The position numbers and the translations under genes are program-made. Under the pieces are notes generated by a model that was given only the letters and a program-made list of their open reading frames with translations, did no database searches and had not been told where the DNA came from. A DNA stretch of 60,393 nucleotides, counting the filler. It is 3 parts of 3 records of this genome, joined end to end, with 100 filler letters (N's around TTAATTAATTAA, not from the genome) between each part and the next. Parts side by side here need not be neighbours in the genome. Positions count along the whole stretch, not along the records: positions 27,987 to 51,061 come from SRR20825019_2208; positions 51,162 to 60,393 come from SRR20825019_2218; 1 more part is not named here. The stretch is one strand, 5' to 3'. Shown here in pieces: positions 49,321 through 60,393 of the stretch. Position 1 is the first letter of the stretch. Each line of letters begins with the position of its first letter.

Positions 49321-49639
49321 GTCGCTTCTCCCTGCATTGTTTTGACTGACACTATACCGATTTCATACCTTCTGGCCGGAAGCTGTTTCGCGGTTCGTGA
49401 AAAGAAGGAGGCGGACGAAGGGCTGGCGGCGATGGAGACCGGCCTGATTGAGGCCGGTCACGATACTGTCGGAAAGTCTGTCTTAGCCGAGGATAGTTTT
49501 CCCGGTCATCCGGCTTTAATGCATAGGCGTAATATTTTTATGTTATGCAATATTTTTACGAGAAAAAGTAAATTCTTACTCTATCAAAATACACGCAATG
49601 ATGGCAGTCTGTGCCGGTCATTCAAACGGGGAGAACGTC

Positions 49640-51061
49640 GTGGGACAGAAGACCGGAAACAGGAAGCCGCAAAGTAACACAGTTCGCCGCCGGGATTTTC
49701 TGGCGGGAGCCGCTGCCGGGGCGCTTGGCGGAAGTCTGATCTGGCAGCCGAAAGCCGCTGTCGCCGCAGGCAATGCGAAACCCGCGCCCGAGGGGGCCGA
49801 GATCGCCAAGGTGCGGATCTATCCCGCCATCGGGATCTGCCGGGTCGGTGGCAGCGATGAATGGTTCCTTGCACCGGAAGTTCCCGGTCTGCCGCCGAAA
49901 CCGGACGGCGGCTTCAAGGATGGTGACCGGAAGATCAAGAAGCAGGTCCAGCGCTTCCGGGTCTATGCCTTCGATGCGCAGGACCGTGTCATCGGCGAAG
50001 TGACGGGCAGGGCGGCGAAAATCTCCTGGTCTGCCCATCTGGTGAATGCGAAGGCCGCCTGGTACGGCTTCAACAACCCGCTCGATAATGGCGATCTTGC
50101 TCCGGGTTTGCCGGGGCAGAAACGGAACCAGTATTTTACCGACAATGCTGAACGTGAGCGGATGCTGGTGATCGATGGCGGGAAGAAGGATATTTCCGGG
50201 CCAAACGTGAACCCGGACGGAACCGACCCCGCCTATGCCTTCGAGGGTGAATTCTGGGGGGAAGAGCCCGTCGGCCTTGGCGCGGTCCGGACCGATGAGG
50301 AGGGCAGGCTACTGGTTGTGCCGCCATCCGGCGTTTCGAACTCTCCGACCCAGGCTGCGATCACCAGTTTCGCCGATAATGACGGCTGGCATGACGACTG
50401 GTGTGACGGGCCGGTGACGGCGACGGTTCAAATGGCGAACGGTGTGACGTTTGAGGCCGATCCGGCGTGGGTCGCGTGCGTTGGCCCTAACTTCGCACCG
50501 GATATCCCGCCGATCGCGACCATGTATGACGTGGTCAGCAATCTGAATGTCGAAGAGGGCTGGGTGGAGCCGCCGGAAGCGCCGATTTCCTTCCGGAAAT
50601 ACATCTACCCGACCTTCCGGCGCGTGGCCCTGATGGTCTGGCTGACCGACGCGGCGAACCTGCGGCAGGGTTGGCTGGATACTGGCGACTTCTCCGACCC
50701 GGCCTTCATCGCAAAGCTGGCGGACCCGGGCGAGGGCAACAAGGCGTTCCGGCTTTCGGTCTTCGAGAAGTTCCGCAACCCCTACAACACCAAGCCGGAT
50801 GCCTTCAAGGAAGAGCGCCTGAAAATCCCCTACATGATGGGGGACGGGGTGAATTATTCCGGTAGCCCGCTGCAATGGTTCCAGTTCCCGAAGCAGCAAT
50901 ACGAGCATCTGCGGATGTGGGCGCAGGGACAGTTTTTCAATGACTGGCAGGATACCGAGGCGGATGCGGTCGAGACGCTGGAGGACCTGCCGCTCGAGCA
51001 GCAGCCCCATGCATTGACGGAAGCCGCTCTTGAGCCCTGTTCCGGCGGTGCGTTCCATCCG
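49640..51061 (+). CDS. goxA: LodA/GoxA family CTQ-dependent oxidase with Tat signal, truncated at the contig end
   Basis: RRRDFL Tat motif; IYPAIGICRVG, KKQVQRFRVY, DNDGWHDDWCDGPV and CSGGAFHP motifs; GTG 49640 with GGGGAG RBS. Confidence 0.85.
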
Positions 51062-51161
51062 NNNNNNNNNNNNNNNNNNNNNNNNNNNNNNNNNNNNNNN
51101 NNNNNTTAATTAATTAANNNNNNNNNNNNNNNNNNNNNNNNNNNNNNNNNNNNNNNNNNNN
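51062..51161. other. Artificial contig-joining spacer
   Basis: 44 N + TTAATTAATTAA + 44 N. Confidence 0.98.
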
Positions 51162-51187
51162 GGGGGGGGGGGGGGGGGGGGGGGGGG
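51162..51187. repeat. Poly-G run at the contig start (assembly break or artefact)
   Basis: 26 G; the other end of the contig has a run of the same length. Confidence 0.8.
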
Positions 51188-51195
51188 CCTCTCAC

Positions 51196-53095
51196 CATGA
51201 AGATCGTGTTGAGGACTATGCAGAGAAGGATGAAGGTGTTGAAGACGTTGTTGTCGACAACCTTCTTGGATACATCATGCAGCTCATAATAAACACGCAT
51301 GAACTCGTTCTCCTTGCTCTTCTGCTCCCGCTCAATCTTCTCCTTCTCCTCGGCTTCACGTTCCTCCTTTTCCTTGAGCATCTCCGCGGCCTCCTGCGCG
51401 GCAAGAATCTCTTCCAAGGTCATGTCTTCCTCTTCCTCCTGCAGCAGACCCTCGGATTCAGTCACAAACATCGCGACCCAAGAAGCTTCAGACATACCGT
51501 TTTCTTTTTAACCGGCGCACGGAAGGCGCTCTTCTGCTCTTCGCGGACACGTGCGAACGAGGCGCAGATCACAGCGACGAACAGGTTTAGAACCAGGAAT
51601 GAACAGAGCATAATTAAAGTCACAAAGTATAGCCAACTGTTAGGATAAAATGTGAGCTTATGTCCGGATGACCATTATAACACGACCAAACCCCTGGCGG
51701 ATCGCCTTACCTCCAATCGCCCGCACCGTCCTGGGCCCAGTACATGTTGTCAGTCCATGCCTCAAGCGTGACGCACTGGAAGATGGTTATGAAGGCCCAG
51801 AGTATGTTGTCGAAGTGCGTGAAGCCCTCGTTGGGATTTCCAACCTCCTCGTTGCAAGTAAACCCTGAGGGGCATGATGAAGAGAGAGAGCTGCAGAATG
51901 TCTCCGGAACAATGTCATTTCCCGATGAGTCCTGGCACCTCCCACGCAGCGCTCCCGAGAATGACTGCACACCGAGAATCCCGTAAATCACAAAAAAGAA
52001 CGTTACCAGACAGAGCACATTCGCCATAAGTGGCAACGCCTGAATAAGTGAATTCAGAATCGCCTGGATACCGCTGAAAAACTTGAGCACGCGGAGCGGC
52101 CGAAGGGCACGCAGCGCTCTGAAGGCTCTGAGGTCATCGCTGTTAGAGGCGAGTTCGATCCAGCCGGCAACCACCACGACGAAATCAAGAAGGTTCGGCC
52201 AGTTCACCCCGATCCGGATTGACATCAAGAACTCAAGGATCAGAGATGGGTTCCGCAGGTGACTCCGCACCTTCTCCCAGAACGACAGCTTCGTCGAGTC
52301 GTACTCTAGAGCGTAAAACTGCTCGTCGTCTTCGTCGTCATCATCCATTATCGGAGCCCGCAGAGGATTCTCCTCAACCCCTACGAAGAGTCCCAAATAT
52401 GTCTCGCTACCCCAAAAAAGCCCCAGTGCTATGACCCTCAAAATTGCCTCAACGGTGAAAAAACAAAGCAAAACCAAGTCAATTAGGTCTAATATATTCT
52501 TGGTGTCGGCATCTTGGTCCGCGCCATTCAGCGCTAGGGTGATGCTGTTTAGCACAATCAACAGCAACACGAAGATATACACTGGCTTGTTGTACATGAT
52601 CGCGTACGCGACTCGTCGAACAAGATTCGTCGGTCCAAATATACCGCACGCACGGCCTGACATAGTCGCTTTGTCGACAATGTGAAACTCTTCGTCGGAG
52701 TTTTCCGAATCGTTTTCTTCTTTGTAGAGATCGGGGAACCTTTGCCTCATGTGCTCCGACCTCAGCTTGTTCTCTTCCAGCTGGTCACTGAGAGTGTTGA
52801 GCGCCTCGCGCCACTGCTTACTCAGTTGAATCTTAGGGATAACAATATCTCCTTCGCGTTCACCCTCAACAATTTCCTCCATTCCGGGCGCTTTGGCGGC
52901 CTTGTGCAGGTCCACGACCTGAGTGTCTAATTCGCTGGCCCTCCGACGGACCCGGGCCGACGCAACAGGGTTCATGGCAAGCAGCTCAGGGTCCTGGCTG
53001 TTCATGGGAGCCGCCCACTCGTCAACAGATGACCGGCCATTCTCCGGCTTGCTCACTTCCGGAGAGGCTGTTATACTCGGCGACCTTCGAAACAT
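51196..53095 (-). CDS. Eukaryotic voltage-gated Ca2+ channel-like alpha subunit: domain I and start of domain II, spliced and partial
   Basis: S4 LRAFRALRALRPLR; pore FQCVTLEAW; S6 FLVLNLFVAVI. Exons 53095-51711, 51636-51498 and 51438-51196 are joined in frame by GT-AG introns 51710-51637 and 51497-51439. Confidence 0.9.
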
Positions 53096-53823
53096 GTTGA
53101 GCCAACCGCTCAAATTTCATGAATCGGCCCCACAAGCCTAAACCTCCACCGCAGGCCCGATGCATATATATATCTTTGAAGGAGGATGTGCGGCGGAAAA
53201 GACGGAGCGGCGCCTGACCGGTACTAGTGGTCCCGGCACTGGGGGTGTGGCGGGCCGTCGGGTGGCATCCGACCAGCCCGATGAACCGCCACAGATCGAC
53301 GACCGAATGATCGCCCAGGACTCGGCGGCTTGCTGGGGCCTCCGTCCGGGGGCGGCGGCGCGACCTCGGACGATCGAGGCGCCGGCGGCTGGGCTGCCAG
53401 CGCCAGCTCAATTGAACAGTTGCCCACTTTCGGGCTGACGCGCGCTATGCGACGCGCAGTCACCTGGTGGCGGCCATCAAGTGATCAAGTCTTTAACCTC
53501 GATTTAGAATAATATCTCGATACAACAGCAGCCGTTTGAGTGCTGGTGGCATGTCCGTGCGGGGCCGCCGGGCCGTGTCGCCGGCGGGCGCAGGCCGGCC
53601 TCGGGCGCCGGGCGGCGCGCCACCGCGGCCGCACGCGGCGGCCCCCCCGGGCGCCGCCCCGGCCCGGGGACGCACGGTGCCGGACGCGCCTCACCGGCTG
53701 CGGCCTCTCAAACAACTGGCAGTCACTGGGCTGGTCCACTGTGCCACGCTGAGGGTGCTCACGACGTCAGGGTGCGTAGAAATATACTGATCTGACACAG
53801 CCATTGACGTGAGAGGCGGCCAA

Positions 53824-54663
53824 ATGAAAAGAGTGCTGAGAAGACTGCGGCGTAACAAGGACGGCGATGGTGACACCACAGCCTCTGAGTCCGGGAACTG
53901 GAGCCCGCAGACGGGTGTCTCTGTCGCTTCCTCGCAGGACTTTCCATCTCAGACTCTGCAGACCGCCTACGGCACAGGCAGCTCGCCCATGCACAGCAGG
54001 CAGGGCCCGCCTGTGAACAAACCCTCATTTGATGAGTCCGCCATGCAGGTCACCTGTAACTTGTGTAGGGGAAACTTCACATTGGCTGAGATGGAGGCAC
54101 ACTCTCGAGTCTGTGAATCACCCACAAAGGCCGAGGTGAAAGTGGCACGGACACCTGCTGCTGCCTCGCCCGGTTCGGTGGTCCTTGTGACGCCAGATGT
54201 GTCTCGGAAGCCCGTCGTTCCTCCCACACCTGCGTCTGCGCACGTGCCAGCGCGGGACGAGCCAACAACGGTTGTGAGCGAAGATTCGGAGAGGACCAAG
54301 GGCGCGGGGGGCGACATCGACTCCGACGAGGACGTGCCCGCAACCACTATCAATATCCTGCTTGAAAAGATGCAACAAACGCCCAGGGAGCGGCGCATCG
54401 AGCGGCGCGCTGCACACCGTGAGTGGGTTGGAGGGGACTGCGGGGGATGGATGTGAGTGGAGAATGCGGTTGCGCGTCTCTTTCCCTGAGTCTGAATGCG
54501 CCGCTGCAAATGCGTGTTTCGGTTTGTTGTCTGTCTCTAGTGATTATGCGTGGTTGGTTGGGACGCCGAGCTAACGATCCCGTGTTGTGCAGGGGCCGGC
54601 ATGGGAGAATCAATGCTGAAATTCAAACTTAAGCGATTCCATCACAACAGGGAACTATTCTAG
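53824..54663 (+). CDS. Eukaryotic hypothetical protein with a single C2HC zinc finger (two exons)
   Basis: CNLC-x12-HSRVC. Intron 54419-54592 (GTGAGT...CTAAC...GCAG) gives the in-frame end RAGMGESMLKFKLKRFHHNRELF*. Confidence 0.6.
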
Positions 54664-54715
54664 TGTGTTTCAGTGTTACAGCAATTGCCCGGGCAATTTA
54701 ATCAGCTTAAGCAAC

Positions 54716-56316
54716 CTATCCGGACTTTGACACTGGAGACTCACTACCCTCACCAGCGGCGAATTCCTTACGAGCATCAACTTCTGCCTGGTGCACACTC
54801 TCCGTGGACAACACATCATTTGTATCATCCTTGGTACCTGCGTCCTCTTCGGACTTAACTGAAGGCTCTGAAGGCTTCTTGCTCAGGGCGGAGAGCTCCT
54901 TGATAACCTCCTTTTCAGCAATGCGCTTGCTGTCTTCAGCGTCAGCGTAATTGGGATTCTCGGTGGCGTCATGCTCGGCCCCATCGTTTTCAGTGGTCTC
55001 TTCAGAACCACTTTTCGGGAAGGCCACGTCGACTTTCTTATTGTAGACACCTTCGTCAAGGTGATGTATTCCCATGGCAATGACACCATTAAGCTGGGAC
55101 GGCACGCTCGATAAGTAGATATCCAAATAGCATTAAAAACACCCCACTCACCTTGAGCTTTGCAATTATTTCATCTACTGTCTTCTCCCTGGTTTTCATA
55201 GTGCTACCATCGTCGTCATCAGTTTTGGCACCATCATCAGCATCGCCCGCGTCTTCTCCGGCATCATCGTCTCTGACCGAACTCTCGCGCGCTCCGTTCA
55301 AACTCGCACTAGCTTCTTCAATGTCGCGCATTGACTCCACGCCTTCTTGGTCAGGAGCCTTAATTGATGGACTTTGATCATCGACTTCCGCACCTTGAGT
55401 GGCGCCACGAAGTCCATTCGCCTCCCCAGAGGTCGGGGTGGGGGCCTCTGACGTTGTCCCAGAACCTTGGATTTTCTGGAAGCCGCAGGTGCCCTCTCCG
55501 CAACCGCAACCTTCACTGCAAGAACACAAATCGCGAGCAAACGCAAGGAGCTCCTCAGGAAGACCACCGTGATTCATTTCGGTGTCCACAGTACGCGTCT
55601 CATCATCATGATAGTGCCCGAAGGGTGTTTCCTTCGATGACAGCATAACTCTCACATCTGGATCCTCAAACAGGCCGTAGTAAAACTGACCCAAGGTACC
55701 CAAAATCTGGCGTGGAAGAACCTTTTCGTCAGGGCCCTGCTCGTTCTCTGCGTTTACCGTTCTCACAGGAACCCTGCTCTCATCCTTGCCGGAACCAAAG
55801 AATGACGCAACTCTCTGCAAGCAAAGCATGAGCTCGGAGGTCACAGCACTTCACAGCCCTATTGTTTCTTACCTTGCAAAACTTCACTGTTGTTCCTGGA
55901 ACCAAAAGTGGGAACCACGTCTTCGAGTGCTCGCCCATCTCAGCTGCACAGAAGTAGTTCCTCGAGAACTTTGAGGTAAGGGCAGCTGGGAGCTTGGTCT
56001 CACCAGTCACGAGGTTCTGAAGAACACCAATTACCTCCGAGGGTTGCGAGGTATCCACGCGCTCCATGAGCTTCTTAAGGACAGCCAAGGTAGAGAGCTG
56101 GCAACGCTCGCACGAGCGCTTTCCGTTACACAAAGGCCCAAAATCGGGGTAAGGGTTGGCGTAGAGACCACCGCACCCAGGAGCGTCTTTGTCTTTCAGG
56201 CACTTGATATTCCACAACTCTAACTTTGCTGGAGATGAAGAGGATTCGGTATCGCTTGAATAAGCCAGATGGGCCGCACAGAGGAGCGCGAACACCGTGA
56301 CAACTGATACCTTCAT
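54716..56316 (-). CDS. Eukaryotic secreted hypothetical protein (three exons)
   Basis: Signal peptide MKVSVVTVFALLCAAHLAYS. Two 58-nt phase-0 introns (55872-55815, 55151-55094) join three ORF-track fragments in frame. Confidence 0.75.
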
Positions 56317-57248
56317 AGTCAGGTTGTCGGTGGGGGGAGACGACGGCGATGTCGGTGATACTTGTACATACTCACCGTGGACGTGCTATCAACTGGCACC
56401 CCTCGTCCAAGCGGTGTGACCGAGCCGTGGTCCCCTAATAAGTGGCAGTAAACAGGTCTACCGACCGCCGGCCGAGGCGGCGGCCCCGGCTGCCGGAGGG
56501 TCGCTGGCGCGACCCCGGCCCGCCCGGACACCTGGGGCACGGTGGCCCGCGGCGGCCGCGGGCGAGCATCGGTCACTAGTCAGACGGCCGCGGGCCCGCT
56601 GCCCGGCCGTGCGGGGCCCGGCCGCGGCTGTGGGCGGCCGCTGGTGCTGAGGCCCAGCCGGTGGGCAGTCGGTTCCACTGACGAGTGACAGGCGGCCGGT
56701 CCAGCTACCCTACACGTCGCCCAATTTTACCCGCCGCATCCCGGACACAATCACCGAAATGTAAAAAGGGACGCCTCAACAAAATCTTATATCTATTTAT
56801 ACAGCAACTATCGTATCTGCAGTTACCTGAACCGAGGAGATGTGATCTCGGACTCATGAGTGGGCGAGTGATGAGTGACCGAGCGGCCAAGCCCAGTCCA
56901 GTCAGGGGCGGTTTTGGCGTTGCCCCGCCAGCGGCTCTCCCTTCATGGAACGTCAACTCTGCTGGCTGATGTCGAGCGCGCCCTTGCGGCCGACGGGGAG
57001 CGTTCCTTTTTTCATTGGGCCGTGCCGATGCGCTTCTCTCCGGACCTGAGCATCGAAGCGTCCGTCTTGAACCATCACGGCCGCTATCCGGGATCGGCAA
57101 GCCAAGCAACCTGAGTGGAGACTGCCACTGCCTGTCAACATGATGCCTTCGACTCCCCGCCCGACTACCCTTACATAAGAGTGTCAAACCTGCGCACAGG
57201 CAGCAAGGGCAGGAGAGAGGGTCTCGTCACGGCCCTCTGAGACCGCTC

Positions 57249-60200
57249 ATGTCTACCTTTGACTTGCTCAGCCTGGTTGGGTCGCTCAAGACCCAGTCCC
57301 AGTCGGCCCCGGACTCTGTCCAGACTCCCAAGAAGCATTATCCCAGGCAGAACGTTATGGGTGAGTACCCGGGCTATAGCGGAGCAACTCGACTCACACG
57401 CTGCCAGCGCGTATGCGATGGGTGTACAGTGCAATCGCCGTAGGAGAAAGCCGCCTCCCGCAGGTGATTTTATCGCTGGCAAAGGATCCAGACGACATTC
57501 AGATGGTGAGCTCTGTGATGCGCTGTGGAGGTTGGTCCGACTGATACCCAGTCACAGTTTCGCCGGGCGCGGGACCTCTGCGACCACGACACAAAGGCAT
57601 TGCTCAAGATAGTTATGCCCCTGTTGATGTCTCACAGGTAACGGAACAGTCACCCATATCCCTCTCGGATCTGAAGCTGATGAATGCATTGCAAGATTAA
57701 ACGCTCTGGAGGGGGTGAGCGTTCATACTGCCCGTTATAACCTCATGCGAGTGGCGACGGGGCTGCTGAGGTGGGTTACGGCACGGTACACAGACGATAA
57801 TGCCGGTGATGCTGAGCAGTAGAGCAGGGAGATGGACTTTTATCAACAGGAAAAGCCTAGTGCCCGCGCCTGGATGTACTGGACACGAGTACTGGAGAAG
57901 GTTATGTTCGCCGATGACGAAGAAGAAGAGAGTAGGTTTGCGTGCCAGGGTGGTCGGATATGACTGATCCACACCTGTTGGACGCAGGACTCCCCCAGGA
58001 CCGTGTCATGACATTATTGACTCTGGATACGAAAGATGAGATACCAGTTTTGAAAATATTCGCCGAGCTGATACCGTGAGTGTTGCCTGAGGGCAGGGTG
58101 GAAGGAGTTCGAGATCTCTAATCGGGGATCCCAGAATGATGGAGCAGTACATCACACTGGGGCCGGACTCTCCGTTTAGCGTAAGAGTGATGGAGTTGAT
58201 GTCGATACTATGCGAGGTTGGAAGCGTGTGATCATTGGTTGAATAGGCCATTGTCGTTCCTGACGGGTGATCATCTATCCAGGAAAAGTACAGGCGTGCC
58301 GTTATGGTGCGGGCACGAGTGCATGTAGTGTTGATCAAGTTGTTGCTACAGGACAAGGACCTGGACTTGAAAGACCCGGTCATCGACGAGTTCTGTGAAG
58401 ATGAAATCTCAAACGTGGACTCGGTACGCGACAGCCAGGCGCTTGATTCTGGACTGGACTTGCCGGAGCCGATAGATGTGTCCGAAAGCATCATCGAGCA
58501 AGACCGACGTCCGATTCAAGGCTACGCGGGGCTGAGTTTCTCCCCGGCTCAGGCGGCGGCAACCAAAGTTTTGTCGCAGCTGTGCGTGGAAGATGAAGTC
58601 CTCGTGATGATGATGATGCCGACTGCATATGAGGTGAGAAAGACACTTCGGAGATACAGCCGCATCAGATTCTCAGCCGATTACGCTCGACAGGTCCTTG
58701 CCGTGGTTGTGCGGCCGCCCTATCACGTCGCGCCAAACGAGACAGCTGAGGCAAGGCGGCGACGACGGGACAGCACTGCGGCGTACGTGACGCGGATAGA
58801 TTATGGTCATGGGGAGGTTTATCATGGAGAGATGCAGTCAGGTGGGCTCAAGGAGTCTGCTCGGTCAACATTGTTGGCGACCTGACCCAGGACGACAGGA
58901 AAATGGCATGGCCAGGGCCGGTACACTAACGGCGATGGAGAGACTTATGTGGGAAACTTTTGCAATGGGGTCAAAGAGGGATGGGGCGAGGTGGCACTGG
59001 CGTGCGGGGACAGGTGAATGGACGGCAAAGACCAACTATGGAGCAACCTTAACATTGGTCTCACTTTCACAGATATGTTGGAACTTTCCGGGAGAACAAG
59101 TTCCACGGCATGGGCACATATTACTGGACAAATGGAATGCGATACTGGGGGCAGTACCACGATGGGCGACCGGCAGGGCGCGGAATGTATATCATGGAGG
59201 AGGAGAACAAGCATCCCAAGGTATCTCTACTTGGTGATTGGGAGATTGTCGCCGCTGCATGTGATATTATCAGCAAGTAAGTCAGCTCCCCTCGACTTCA
59301 CCAAACAGTGAACGATTGATCCTCATTAATGAGCCTGTTCAGGGTGTGCGTGACTGCAGATGCGTGCCAGTTCTTTGCAGAGGATAAAGAACTGGTCGAA
59401 TTTCTCGTCGAAAGCCTCAAATATGCGCCCCAGAACGTTTGCTCGTGCGCCCTGGCGGCACTGTTTCAGGTGAGTTTCTAAAAATAGATGCGAATCGTCA
59501 ACACTCATTCCTCCCCGAAGCTTACTCCGATGCTGACGGACGTGGGCGAATACCTTACAGAGGACAGAAACCTTGTCCGTATTCTCATGAAGATGATATC
59601 TGACACCACAAACCACTGGGGAGAGAACAGGTGCTGTGCGTGATGGTTGCATATGCAGTCAACGACGACTAATGGGCCCCTGACTGCCACAGGCGGCTAG
59701 CGATGGAGGTACTAGACAGACTGGTGCGGCATAGAGCCTGTGCCGAGGAAGCGTACAAGCTTGGCGTACTCAAGGTTGTAACGAGCTTTTTTGATGTTAC
59801 CGAGCCGGCAAATGAACGCCCAGAATGGGCGACAGATGACTACAGATCCCCAGTCGACGAGAGGCACGAGCATCTTTACAATGAGTACGGAGTCCTCAAG
59901 GTCACCTCCAACGTCGCGGAAGTGGAGAGGGGGGCCATGCTCACCAAGGCCGAGGAGAGGCTGCAAGCGCGACGCGAGGGCATTATTGAATGGGACAGGT
60001 GGGTGCCACGCAGGGCATCTTGGTGCGTGCGTGATGCAGGCTTACACCATGATTCACTAGGCGAGATGAGGAGGACATGCTCATGTCGGACAGATGGCGG
60101 AGAGATGACCGCTGGGCAAAGGTGCTTCTGAGCGAAAAAATGCGAGTGAAGGCCCGGGTCCAAGCCCACCTGGACACCTTCCCCGAGCTCGACTTGCCGG

Positions 60201-60333
60201 TGGTCATGCACAGAAAGAAAATAGCAAAACGAAAAGTGCAAATCAGTGCCATTGGGGCGATTAGCCGAATGATTAGCGACCACGAGAGCGACAAGCCCAA
60301 AGGCCACCAGATGCGAGAAGACGACAAATATGG
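57249..60333 (+). CDS. Eukaryotic multi-exon protein with MORN repeats in a helical (ARM/HEAT-like) scaffold, partial
   Basis: One continuous frame across 13 GT-AG introns of about 50-85 nt (e.g. 57361-57443, 58842-58898, 59014-59072, 59999-60060). MORN repeats: YHGEMQSGKWHGQG, YVGNFCNGVKEGWG, YVGTFRENKFHGMG, YWGQYHDGRPAGRG. Start uncertain. Confidence 0.75.
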
Positions 60334-60367
60334 GTAAGTTTGTGACACTAATGTACAAAGCGATATC

Positions 60368-60393
60368 GGGGGGGGGGGGGGGGGGGGGGGGGG
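60368..60393. repeat. Poly-G run at the contig end
   Basis: 26 G. Confidence 0.8.

Noticed and set aside
51035..51061. Cys in EPCSGGAFHP as the CTQ-forming residue
   Set aside because: In this family the cofactor Cys and Trp lie further downstream in a DxxxC...W motif, beyond the truncation.
51162..51187. Poly-G ends as telomeres or G-quadruplex elements
   Set aside because: Equal-length homopolymers at both contig ends are better explained by an assembly break or sequencing artefact.
1..60393. CRISPR arrays, tRNA/rRNA genes, transposases, integrases and prophage genes
   Set aside because: None recognised on either strand by eye.

Overview
The window is three separate contigs joined by two artificial 100-nt spacers (44 N + TTAATTAATTAA + 44 N, at 27887-27986 and 51062-51161), so adjacency across the spacers means nothing. 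Contigs 1 (1-27886) and 2 (27987-51061) are GC-rich alphaproteobacterial chromosome, Rhodospirillales-like by gene content. They carry mostly housekeeping and catabolic genes: two xanthine-dehydrogenase-family Mo subunits, an AtuA-like pair, two TPP enzymes, a PadR-RND efflux unit, BepA-like protease and DsbA, hppD-MarR, aroQ-accB-accC, the end of nrdJ, a porin, cobU and cobD, MATE, GST, M17 peptidase, ghrA and a Tat-exported LodA/GoxA oxidase. Contig 3 (51162-60393) is eukaryotic, with short GT-AG introns and poly-G ends. It holds a Cav-like channel, a zinc-finger protein, a secreted protein and a multi-intron MORN/helical-repeat gene. The best leads are: (i) an inserted, translationally coupled two-gene DUF6978-like + DUF1828/DUF1829-like module, a candidate toxin-antitoxin or defence system; (ii) a stand-alone protein resembling a BID (type IV secretion signal) domain; (iii) a 3-sulfinopropanoyl-CoA desulfinase paired with a TPP enzyme; (iv) an unannotated ~80-nt sRNA with its own promoter and terminator; (v) a porin with both Zur-like and Fur-like boxes; and (vi) a GGT-like lipoprotein lacking its catalytic Thr. 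All family calls come from motif recognition by eye; no searches were run.
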